Positions 7,355-15,366 of a stretch of 64,000 nt of DNA are shown here, in pieces; the stretch's first letter is position 1; every line of letters starts with the position of its first letter. Source of the DNA: a virus (taxonomy: Duplodnaviria > Caudoviricetes); IMG/VR virus record IMGVR_UViG_3300037420_001238, positions 3,306-67,305 of that record, one strand, 5' to 3'. Below the pieces are notes generated by a model. The model was not told the DNA's origin. It saw nothing but the letters and a program-made list of their open reading frames with translations, and made no database searches. Both the position numbers and the translations under genes were made by a program.

Positions 7355-9570
7355 CAGAACGGCACCGTAGTTTCGTTGCGGAGGAATTCATCGACCTGCG
7401 GATCGTCGCTATATTGGATCTCGGACTGGCGCTGCGCATCGACATCTTGCTTGGGGAACGTGCGCGGGAAGCCGCGGATCGGCCGGCCTGTCCACCACAT
7501 GTACGGGCGCTCAAAACGAAGGGCGCCATATTTGATCAGCCCGTCCGTCATCCGATTGAAGGCCTTGCGCAGCCTGTCCTTCGCCTTCTTCGGATCTTCC
7601 TCGTTGAGCATCTTGGAAATGGCGACCTCAAGGTAATGATCCCAGGTCACGACTGACTTGCCGCGCGCCGCGCGCGGCAGATGAGGTTCATCGAAAACAT
7701 AGACGCCGTATTTGTCCATCGCTTCGAAGAACTCTACCAGGAACCGCCGCTCCGTCGGGTTAACGCTTATACCCTGGCGCTCCTGCTCCTTTTTCATGCG
7801 GTCCTTTTCGCTGATCGAAAGGACGACGCAGGAGGTGATGTCGCGCTCGCGCTCGGCATCATAGGCCACCTTGACCTGCGCCAGAGCGAATTGGATGGTG
7901 CCTCCGTCCTCGTCATCCTTCAGCTTGGTGAGAGTCGCGGTCTTGATTCTGGTCGACTCGTCGTTGGTGATCGTTATCACCTGGTCGACGTCAGCTCGGA
8001 TCGAAGTGTGGCCACGTAACTTTTTGCCATCGGAATTGAGGTGGTGCACGAACTGGACGTGGGCACCTGTGGCCGATCGGATCTTGTCGATATTGTCGAG
8101 GATCGTGCCCATATCCTTGCCGCTGTTCTCCTCGGCGCCGGCGGAGGCCTTCGATAGGGTGTCAATGACGATCAGGCGGAGCGGGCATGGCATCTGGGCG
8201 GCATGCACCTTGACCTCGTCGATGAAGGCCTGGGTATCGCCTTCTTTCGAGAAGAGGTCGATCTTCGATGGCAGCAGCACCAGCGGGATTTCCTCATCGG
8301 CTGCAATGCCGAAATGAATTTGCTGGGCGATTAGGCGTTTGATGACGCCTCTACCACCCTCGCCCGCCTGATAGATGACGCCACCCTGTTTGACGGGTCG
8401 ATCGAAGAAAGGCTCTCCTCGAGCGATGCACATCGCTTGGTGAAGAGAGAAGAAGGATTTCCCGGATCCGGAGGCCCCACCGATGATGGAGGTGTCGCCA
8501 TCGGTCAGCAGCCCGTCGATCAGATAGTCGGCACCCGGCTTGCCGAGCGACAGTTCATTCCAACGGATGGCACCGAACTTCGACTTGGGCGGATCGCTCA
8601 TCTTGGCGAGCGGGAGCAGCTTCACAAACTGCTCATAGGTGCCGCCGGCATCCTTCCAATCGCTGATGTCGGCCTTGGGCGGAGCATCTTTCCAGTGCTC
8701 GGCGATATCCAGGACACGGACTCGGCGAGCTTTCGGCGCAAGGGTGGCGGCGCGCATCTTGGCGCGCTCCCGGCCGGGCTCGTCGTTGTCATTGAGGATG
8801 ATGACATCGCAGCCGGCAAGATCGTCGTCGAAGGATGGCTCCCAATATTTTGCGCCGCCGGCGTTGGTGGTGGCGGTGAAGCCCCACGCGCGGAGTGTCT
8901 CGGCGTCCTTCTCGCCCTCAACGAGACCAATAATGCTGCCTTCTGCCTTCGCGCGAAGCACCTCATCACGATGATAGAGCCAGCGCGGCGCCTCTTCAAG
9001 GAAGGACGTCTCTTCGTATTTTTCCTTTTTTTCCTCGTTTACCTTCCACCAGTCGGTAGCCTTTGGATATCGTCCGAACTCGCCCGCCTGCAGCCCCCAC
9101 ACCCAGCCGCCCTTATACGGGCGGCGCTGCATATACCGGCGTTGGGCGGTCTTGGGGAACTTCAGCACCTGGTAGGCGAGTTCGCCCTTGTCGTCGAAAT
9201 ATTCGAAGCAGGCGACCGGCTTCGGATCCATGAAGTCGGGGAAGCCGCCGGGCACCTTGAACTCCGCCGGCTGGCGGGGAGCATGCTGGCCGTTGGCCTT
9301 TGGCTCCAGCTTTGGTATGAATCCCTTCTCTTCCAGCCATTTCATGCCGTCTTGGCCGGAAAGCCCGGTGTACGCTCGGATAAGCTCCAGGACGCCGCCG
9401 CCGATGCTTTCCTCGTGGTCCCGCCACACAGCCTTCTTCAGGTCGACCGAGATGCTGCCATTGGTGCCGTATCTGGACTCAAGCTTGGTTGACAGGTGTT
9501 TGTTAGGCTCGCCCAGCAGCAGCTTGGCAACGCCTGGCATGATAGGCACGAAGTCGATCTTCTCAGACAT
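7354..9570 (-). CDS. Primase-helicase (TOPRIM + RepA/AAA_25 SF4 helicase)
   Basis: TOPRIM LVEGEKDAETL and ILNDNDEPG; Walker A IGGASGSGKS; Walker B LIVIDTL; FVHHLNSDGKKLRGHTS. Start MSEKIDF (ATG 9570) overlaps the upstream stop. Confidence 0.92.
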   Translation of the reverse strand: MSEKIDFVPIMPGVAKLLLGEPNKHLSTKLESRYGTNGSISVDLKKAVWRDHEESIGGGVLELIRAYTGLSGQDGMKWLEEKGFIPKLEPKANGQHAPRQPAEFKVPGGFPDFMDPKPVACFEYFDDKGELAYQVLKFPKTAQRRYMQRRPYKGGWVWGLQAGEFGRYPKATDWWKVNEEKKEKYEETSFLEEAPRWLYHRDEVLRAKAEGSIIGLVEGEKDAETLRAWGFTATTNAGGAKYWEPSFDDDLAGCDVIILNDNDEPGRERAKMRAATLAPKARRVRVLDIAEHWKDAPPKADISDWKDAGGTYEQFVKLLPLAKMSDPPKSKFGAIRWNELSLGKPGADYLIDGLLTDGDTSIIGGASGSGKSFFSLHQAMCIARGEPFFDRPVKQGGVIYQAGEGGRGVIKRLIAQQIHFGIAADEEIPLVLLPSKIDLFSKEGDTQAFIDEVKVHAAQMPCPLRLIVIDTLSKASAGAEENSGKDMGTILDNIDKIRSATGAHVQFVHHLNSDGKKLRGHTSIRADVDQVITITNDESTRIKTATLTKLKDDEDGGTIQFALAQVKVAYDAERERDITSCVVLSISEKDRMKKEQERQGISVNPTERRFLVEFFEAMDKYGVYVFDEPHLPRAARGKSVVTWDHYLEVAISKMLNEEDPKKAKDRLRKAFNRMTDGLIKYGALRFERPYMWWTGRPIRGFPRTFPKQDVDAQRQSEIQYSDDPQVDEFLRNETTVPF

Positions 9571-10456
9571 CAGCCATCTCCGCAAAGAGAGGCGTGCCGT
9601 GGCCGCCGTGCCGCCGGCGCAGCGCTTCAGCCGCAGACGGATTGATCCACAGTACCTCTGTGCGAGGCCGGGCGCCGTCGGCCAGAGCTTCCCGCTCAAC
9701 CCGCATCCAGTCGGCGAGCATCTCGTCATAGAGCGGCGCTGGATAGCCTGATAGAACCACCATTCCTTCCATTTCGCGGAGCGCATCGAGCAGATGGCGG
9801 TGATCGTCTGGCGTCAATTCATGGCGATACATGCGCCATGCCAGATCGTAGCGATTTCCACGAGCTCGAGTTTCCGGGAGATATGGTGGGTCTACATAGT
9901 GGAGCGTTTCCGGATGATCATGCTGCAGCATAACTTCGATCGCAGGCCTGCACTCGATAACGACCCCTGCCAGCCTGGCTACCATTGCCGCCATCGAATC
10001 GGGATAATTCTGCCAATCGAGCGCCGGTGTAGTGCCGCTGCGGCGCGAATTGGCGCGGAAGCCAGTCGAACGGTGGCCCTTTTCCTGGCTGGCATGTGCA
10101 TTAGAGCCGAACCCCATAAACGACCGCACGATCAGCCGGCGCGACCGCTCGATCGGGTCATCGGTCACTTCGTAAGCCTGCCGGAATTCGGTGCGGGCGA
10201 AAGGCGTGAGACGGAGCATCTCTATTAGAATGTTCGCATCCACCTGGTTGCGAAGAAGCCTGAATAGACCAACGACCTCATCATCTAGGTCGTTATAGAT
10301 CTCGGCATAAGCGCGCTCTTTTCGCATCAGCACGCTCGCCGCGCCGCCGAACGGCTCGACATAGGTCCTGTGCCGAGGGAAATGCGATATGATCCATGGA
10401 GCTAGCAACCACTTGCCACCATGCCAACGCAAAACTGGTCTGGTAGGCTCACCCAC
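9563..10456 (-). CDS. N6-adenine DNA methyltransferase (Dam/D12 class)
   Basis: LRWHGGKW, YVEPFGGAASV, IYNDLD and HYVDPPY. Probable GTG start at 10456. Confidence 0.93.
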   Translation of the reverse strand: MGEPTRPVLRWHGGKWLLAPWIISHFPRHRTYVEPFGGAASVLMRKERAYAEIYNDLDDEVVGLFRLLRNQVDANILIEMLRLTPFARTEFRQAYEVTDDPIERSRRLIVRSFMGFGSNAHASQEKGHRSTGFRANSRRSGTTPALDWQNYPDSMAAMVARLAGVVIECRPAIEVMLQHDHPETLHYVDPPYLPETRARGNRYDLAWRMYRHELTPDDHRHLLDALREMEGMVVLSGYPAPLYDEMLADWMRVEREALADGARPRTEVLWINPSAAEALRRRHGGHGTPLFAEMADV

Positions 10457-10775
10457 GCGCGAATCCTCCACGGACAAGCGCATCCTCGATCGCTTCCGGA
10501 CCTGCACGAAGGACTGAGATCAGGGCAAATTCGGCAACCTGGTCCCTGCTCATCTTCAGCTTCCGGCCGACCTCGTCGATGGATTCCACGAAATGCTGCA
10601 GCGGTACCGACACCAGCAGGATCGGCCCGCGATCCGGCGCCGGCGTGATGCCGGCGAGACCCAAAGCGTTGCGGATCAGCGCTGGCGGGCAGCCGAACTG
10701 CTCAGCGATCTCCCGCAGCGGTATCTCGCGGCCGGCCATGTAGCCTATGCGGATGGGGGATGGATCTCTGCTCAT
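10449..10775 (-). CDS. HTH-like hypothetical protein
   Basis: IPLREIAEQFGCPPALIRNAL; in operon. Confidence 0.65.
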   Translation of the reverse strand: MSRDPSPIRIGYMAGREIPLREIAEQFGCPPALIRNALGLAGITPAPDRGPILLVSVPLQHFVESIDEVGRKLKMSRDQVAEFALISVLRAGPEAIEDALVRGGFARG

Positions 10776-11419
10776 GCGGCCCGCCTGAATTCATCTGGGG
10801 CATTGGCCCGGAACACTGCGATGCTGAAGCCGAGGGGTGTTTCGCTTCTCCTATCGGCACGGTCATCGCTCGGCGCCATGCGCCACATCTTCGAGCCAAG
10901 ATCCGGGGAGACTGGCTTCTTGGGCGGCATGATAAAGCCATTGCCGGTCCAGAGGCATGTCTTCTTGGTGTATGCCTCCTGTGCGGGATCACCAAGGTAG
11001 CCGGCATAGTCCGACGGATGGAAATAGAAGTCAGGCTTTCCAATGTGGGGGATGCTGGACAGAACGCCGACAGGGTTCTCGCAATAGTACGGCGCCCCTG
11101 ACCATGCCGCGCACTGGCGGCCAGCTTCGAACATTTCGATTGAATCACGAAGCATGATGCCGCCCTTCTTTTCGAAGTCGCGGGCTCCGGCCACCGTCAC
11201 GTCGGTGCAGGGTGACATACTGGCGACGAAGACGATCCGTCGCCCTGGGGGGGGGCGCCACGATCTTGCGTCACCCCAAACGAAATTTACGAGTCCGTCG
11301 CAGCGATCGCGCCGGATCGAATGCTGAATATCAACGCACCAGCATTCGATACCCGCGGCAGCCCATGGCTGGGCCGCCCTGCCCGTCTTGTCATAGAGAA
11401 AAATGGCGGCCGGTTTCAT
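10772..11419 (-). CDS. Short C5-cytosine DNA methyltransferase-like protein
   Basis: SPCTD (motif IV PC), CENPVG (motif VI) and KKTCLW. ATGA overlap with the upstream gene. Confidence 0.75.
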   Translation of the reverse strand: MKPAAIFLYDKTGRAAQPWAAAGIECWCVDIQHSIRRDRCDGLVNFVWGDARSWRPPPGRRIVFVASMSPCTDVTVAGARDFEKKGGIMLRDSIEMFEAGRQCAAWSGAPYYCENPVGVLSSIPHIGKPDFYFHPSDYAGYLGDPAQEAYTKKTCLWTGNGFIMPPKKPVSPDLGSKMWRMAPSDDRADRRSETPLGFSIAVFRANAPDEFRRAA

Positions 11420-11742
11420 GCTGCGTCCTTCGATAGATCGACGATCCCGAGCGCCGTGGCGAACATCAGCACGCCCGCGGCGAGCTTCTTGCCGGCGTTG
11501 CGGTCGTCTTTGATTTCTGGTGAACTGGAGAAGGCCAGGCAGGCGGTATCGATCAGCTGCTGCATATCGAAGGTGCACTCCGCCTCGATCGGCCTGGTCT
11601 TGAAGGCTTCGTGGACTCGCTTATTGAATGTGCAGATCGACCACCGGCCATTCCCGTGCTCCATCAGTGCACGGACAAGGCTGTCGCTGCCGACAACCTC
11701 CAGACCGAATTTGGATTCGCCTTGGGCGTGCTCGCGCTTCAT
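11416..11742 (-). CDS. Hypothetical protein
   Basis: ATGA overlaps on both sides. Confidence 0.75.
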   Translation of the reverse strand: MKREHAQGESKFGLEVVGSDSLVRALMEHGNGRWSICTFNKRVHEAFKTRPIEAECTFDMQQLIDTACLAFSSSPEIKDDRNAGKKLAAGVLMFATALGIVDLSKDAA

Positions 11743-12188
11743 GACACCCCCTCGTCGCAGGGGGCTGGTCGGACAAGCCAGCCTATCCACCACTGATCGA
11801 CGTCGGTCGGGCCGACGATACCGCTCTGATCGATCGACGTGTCGTGAACGATCTCGGCTTCTTTGCAGATCACGACGTGATTGCAGCCGTTGCGGCTACG
11901 TCCGCTCAATATCCAATGCATTCCATGGCTTAGAACGCCGCCGAGGTGGAGCGCATCGGCCAAAGGCATTTCGCCTGGGAAGGCAATCTCCAACAGCACG
12001 AATCCGTGCGCCGAAAGGAATTTGCGCATAGCGGAGTTGCTGACGTCTGACGTGGTGCCAGGCCCTACTACATGCGGCACCTCTTCAGGCTTGAGCCGCA
12101 TCAAGCACGCGATGACGGTGCGGAAGCAGTCGCCATAAACGCCGTTCTCAGGATCGTGACGGAAAAGCTGCTGGTGGCGCTCGATCAT
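11739..12188 (-). CDS. Putative papain/C39-like Cys hydrolase
   Basis: GDCFRTVIACL (candidate catalytic Cys) and NHVVI (candidate His). Confidence 0.5.
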   Translation of the reverse strand: MIERHQQLFRHDPENGVYGDCFRTVIACLMRLKPEEVPHVVGPGTTSDVSNSAMRKFLSAHGFVLLEIAFPGEMPLADALHLGGVLSHGMHWILSGRSRNGCNHVVICKEAEIVHDTSIDQSGIVGPTDVDQWWIGWLVRPAPCDEGVS

Positions 12189-12769
12189 TCCGACACCTGC
12201 CATTTCCCTGCTTCATCTCCGAAGCTTGTCCATCCCGGCCGATCGGTGCGACTATAGAGCTCCAGACGGCGCGCATTCGGCATCAGCCGCTCGGCGGCGA
12301 TATATGCCTCTTCCGGCTTGCGGGAATGCTCACGGATAAGCCCGGTGAACCCGGATCGCACCGACTTGCTGGTCTTCGGGCTGCCCCTGGTGCCAATCAG
12401 AAATGGCTCATTGGAGCCGCGAAGAATGTAGCCAGTTCCGAAGTTGATCTTGCCGTTCTTCGTTGTCTTGAGCCACGTCCCGGCCGTCTTGAAGGTGAAG
12501 CCAAGCGCCTTCATGACATCGAGCGCCTGAGGCAACATCGGATTGACCGCCCACAGCCAGAGAATTGAGTTTGGCGATGCGAGATCGGCTACCGGCAGCG
12601 CCTTTATCTCCTCAATCGACATCGTCTTGTAATGCGCCTGGGGCGACTTCTTCTCGCCGGCTGCGGAATACATGCGGTAGCGCCATGCCGGATCCATCAT
12701 AATCAGATCCCATGCGCCAGCTTCAAGATCGCCGAAGGGCCATAGGCCGACGGGTGCGAAGAGCTTCAT
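12185..12769 (-). CDS. MT-A70 family adenine methyltransferase
   Basis: DLIMMDPAW, HYKTMS, LWLWAV, GFTFKT..TW.K, GTGYILRGSNE, EHSRKP and LELYSR. Confidence 0.93.
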   Translation of the reverse strand: MKLFAPVGLWPFGDLEAGAWDLIMMDPAWRYRMYSAAGEKKSPQAHYKTMSIEEIKALPVADLASPNSILWLWAVNPMLPQALDVMKALGFTFKTAGTWLKTTKNGKINFGTGYILRGSNEPFLIGTRGSPKTSKSVRSGFTGLIREHSRKPEEAYIAAERLMPNARRLELYSRTDRPGWTSFGDEAGKWQVSE

Positions 12770-13473
12770 TCCGCAGCCTCACGAACATAGGTCGCCTTGT
12801 ACGTGAGGATTTCCGGCTCAAATCCGGCAGGGACAAACTTGAAGCCCTTACCCCAAACGGACGCCACATAGTCACGATCCGTCAACTTACCGAGCTTTTT
12901 CCGTATCTTGCAGACGATCACCGAAGTGATGTTGCTGTTGTGCGAATAGGAGTCGGTGTGGTTGAGGAAGCTTTCGATGTAGGACTTCGTGACCAGCCGA
13001 TCCGGAGCATCGGTGATCATCTGGAGAACCTGAGACTCTTGCCTGGTCAGGTATCCGTCACCCTTCGGCGACTTCAGAACGCCCGTCTGGGGGTCGAATG
13101 TGACGTCGCCGAGATGGACGGTTGGCGATGTCCGCGGCTGCGCGCGGCGGCAAACAGCTTCTAGCTGAGCGACGAAGAGTCGGGCATCAATGGGGTAATA
13201 CTCGACCTGATCCGCCCCACTGGCAAGAATCGTAGCAATGGCGCGATGGTCGGCTTGCGGGCCCGATACCAAGCAAAACAGCGGGTTTTTGATCCCGTCC
13301 ACGCGGACATTTTTCGCGAGCGCATTCCCATGCTGCCGATCAGTGCACATGAAGACGCCAATTACGGACGGATCAAGCTTCAGCAGTCTGAGGAAGTCGA
13401 ACTCGTCAACGACATAGATGACGCCAGGAACAGGCAATGGGACGGCTGGGGTTCCCAAGCAGACGATATTCAT
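12766..13473 (-). CDS. OmpR-family regulator with degenerate receiver, CtrA-like
   Basis: KNPLFCLVSG, GADQVEYYP, FLNH, VIVCKIRKKL and VWGKGF parallel CtrA KTPILILSG, GADDYMTKP, FLNH, VFICKLRKKL and VWGRGY. Confidence 0.8.
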   Translation of the reverse strand: MNIVCLGTPAVPLPVPGVIYVVDEFDFLRLLKLDPSVIGVFMCTDRQHGNALAKNVRVDGIKNPLFCLVSGPQADHRAIATILASGADQVEYYPIDARLFVAQLEAVCRRAQPRTSPTVHLGDVTFDPQTGVLKSPKGDGYLTRQESQVLQMITDAPDRLVTKSYIESFLNHTDSYSHNSNITSVIVCKIRKKLGKLTDRDYVASVWGKGFKFVPAGFEPEILTYKATYVREAAE

Positions 13474-13607
13474 GGCTGCAGCCCTCCGACATGTAGGTCA
13501 GGGAGATGGAACAGGGCGGCAACCGTCGCCTTCTCGATCGCTGCCACCGCGAAAGCAACGAAGACAGCAAGCATGATATAGGCCGCAAGCGCATGGTGCC
13601 CTCGCAT
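13470..13607 (-). CDS. Small membrane protein (45 aa)
   Basis: RBS GGAG; MRGHHALAAYIMLAVFVAFAVAAIEK...; ATGA overlap with the CtrA-like gene. Confidence 0.6.
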   Translation of the reverse strand: MRGHHALAAYIMLAVFVAFAVAAIEKATVAALFHLPDLHVGGLQP

Positions 13608-13610
13608 GGG

Positions 13611-14246
13611 TTATCTCCGGGAGTTGGCTTTGAGGAAGAGATCGTCGACAGGCTGGGCGAGCTTCGGCGCGAGGTGGGCTTCGGCCCAGGACCAGATGGC
13701 GAGAGCATCAGATCGGTCGTAGCTGACGTCGTCATCGGCCGGGTTTATCCAGCCGAGTGCCACACACTTGCGGAAGACGATGGGCTTGGCATCCTCACCC
13801 TTCTTCGACCCGTGACCGATGAAGTGCTTCCGGACCGATGACGCATAGGCATATTCCCAGGAATAGCAGCCCAAGCCGAACAGCATGCCGCGGACGGCCG
13901 CCGGCAGCCCGTAGAGCGTTTCGAAGGTCGACGTCTGGGTCTGGCCTTCCTTGGCGTTGGGAGCGATCGGCGCTTCACAGACGACATGGGTGGGCTGGTA
14001 GAGTTCGAACGCCTCAGATGCGAAGCGCATAGCATTCCAGAACTTGGCACCGTTGGAGATGCTGCCGCCCTTCGGAGCGGAGCCGTCCTTCGTGAAGTAC
14101 CGGCTGCCGGAGACAGGCTTGCAGCCGGCGACGCCGAACGAGAATCCGAAGCGGCTGGCGAGATCCAGAGTAAGGATCCGCGGGGCATCGCTTGGAACAG
14201 TCGGTTCCATTGTCGGCGATGGCATCGCCAAACTAAAGCCGGTCAT
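13611..14246 (-). CDS. RuvC-like Holliday junction resolvase
   Basis: ILTLDLA (first Asp), VVCEAP, VRKHFIGHG and DRSDALAIW; RBS GAGGA. Confidence 0.8.
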   Translation of the reverse strand: MTGFSLAMPSPTMEPTVPSDAPRILTLDLASRFGFSFGVAGCKPVSGSRYFTKDGSAPKGGSISNGAKFWNAMRFASEAFELYQPTHVVCEAPIAPNAKEGQTQTSTFETLYGLPAAVRGMLFGLGCYSWEYAYASSVRKHFIGHGSKKGEDAKPIVFRKCVALGWINPADDDVSYDRSDALAIWSWAEAHLAPKLAQPVDDLFLKANSRR

Positions 14247-14262
14247 CTCTGTTTCCTCAAAA

Positions 14263-14362
14263 GGTGGGGCGGGACGCCGATCACGGGATTCGCGTACCGC
14301 TACGGCCGGGTGCAGGTGTCTTGGGGTCTGCGACCTGTAACCCAGGAGCCGGCCGCCCCGCC
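14263..14362 (+). ncRNA. Candidate structured RNA element 1
   Basis: Closing stem GGTGGGGCGG/CCGCCCCGCC and inner stem GGG-TGCAGGT/ACCTGTA-A-CCC in a non-coding gap. Confidence 0.35.
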
Positions 14363-14491
14363 GACTCCGTCCGATAGGTCTGAGCACCCCGCCTCGGCGG
14401 GGTAAGGGACTGGTCAATGGCCTTTATCGGGTATCCCACCAGTCACCTTCGGAGGGCACATGCTCCGGCTCATTCTCAAAAGGGCTGAGCC

Positions 14492-14695
14492 CTAATTCTT
14501 TGCCGGCTTCTGCCGGTAAAAACCCTTGATCGTGGAGACCGCACTGATGGCGGCTATACGAAGCGTCGACGCCGCAGACCTGCGTTTGTCGCGAATCTTC
14601 TGCTGTCGAACGCGGGCCTGTTTCTTGCCGATGCTATGGCCCCGTTTCATTTCTGCGCGGTATTCGGCCCGCTGTACCTGCCTGGACGGCACCAT
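14492..14695 (-). CDS. Small basic hypothetical protein
   Basis: RBS GAAAGGA; R/K-rich. Confidence 0.55.
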   Translation of the reverse strand: MVPSRQVQRAEYRAEMKRGHSIGKKQARVRQQKIRDKRRSAASTLRIAAISAVSTIKGFYRQKPAKN

Positions 14696-14709
14696 TTAAT
14701 GATCCTTTC

Positions 14710-14846
14710 AAGCGGGAGGCTTCCACTCCACTCCGCAGGCATTCCGACCTGCTCTTCTCGATACTCTAGGCGTCGAGCCCGCGGCCCGGGTGGTAACGGC
14801 GCCACCCTCGCCCGCCTTCTGGACTCCCGGATCTCCCTCCCCGCTT
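14710..14846 (+). ncRNA. Candidate structured RNA element 2 (multi-branch)
   Basis: Closing stem AAGCGGGAGG/CCTCCCCGCTT enclosing four hairpins. Confidence 0.35.
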
Positions 14847-14918
14847 CATCCCCGTCACATTTCATCGGGTCCACGGTTCAAGTCGTCCGATCACCGCCCT
14901 CCGGCGCTCAGGTATCCA

Positions 14919-15365
14919 TCAGGCGTTGCCGTGCGGCGCCGCCTTGTCCCAGGCTTCCTGTTCCTTGTCGGTGAGGCTGCCCTTCACTGCGTTGACGACG
15001 GCCTTGGTGCGCTCGTCGTCGGAGGCGACGGCCGCCTGACCCAGCGGAAGATCGGCGTAGTCGCCGAGCGCTTCGCGGATATCGATGAAAAGCTGGCCAT
15101 CGTCATCCTCAAGAGCTTCCTCAACCGCCGCAGCTTTGCGCTCGTATGAGCGGGCCTTGACGACGGCCTTCAGAACCTTGGTGACAACGCCGTGATCCTT
15201 GGCATCGTCATAGACGGCGTTCTTCCGCTCCATGATCTTGGCGCACCGCGCCATGTACGCCATCTTCTCCTGGAGAGCTTCGGCGTCGAGATCTTCGATC
15301 GAGCTCACATAGCTCGCCATTTCTGATGGGGTCGCACGGTTTCGGCCCTCAAGGACACGGCTCAT
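14919..15365 (-). CDS. gapR: GapR-like (DUF2312) nucleoid-associated protein
   Basis: SYVSSIEDL...VYDDAKDHGVVTKVLKAVVKAR...ALG..DLPLGQAA parallels the DUF2312 pattern SFIERIERL...VYAEAKGxGFDxKxLRxIIxxR. Confidence 0.7.
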   Translation of the reverse strand: MSRVLEGRNRATPSEMASYVSSIEDLDAEALQEKMAYMARCAKIMERKNAVYDDAKDHGVVTKVLKAVVKARSYERKAAAVEEALEDDDGQLFIDIREALGDYADLPLGQAAVASDDERTKAVVNAVKGSLTDKEQEAWDKAAPHGNA

Positions 15366-15366
15366 T

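Noticed and set aside
9563-12769. Complete restriction-modification system
   Set aside because: No restriction endonuclease motif is evident next to the methyltransferases. They look like orphans.
14696-14710. TTAA-N7-TTCA near-match to the CtrA box
   Set aside because: One mismatch, and it overlaps an RBS that explains the bases. I found no perfect TTAA-N7-TTAA at the TTAA sites I checked by eye, so CtrA regulation of this phage is not supported without a proper PWM scan.
14875-14884. GGTTCAAGTC T-loop-like motif suggesting a tRNA
   Set aside because: No 5-bp T stem, D arm or acceptor stem around it.
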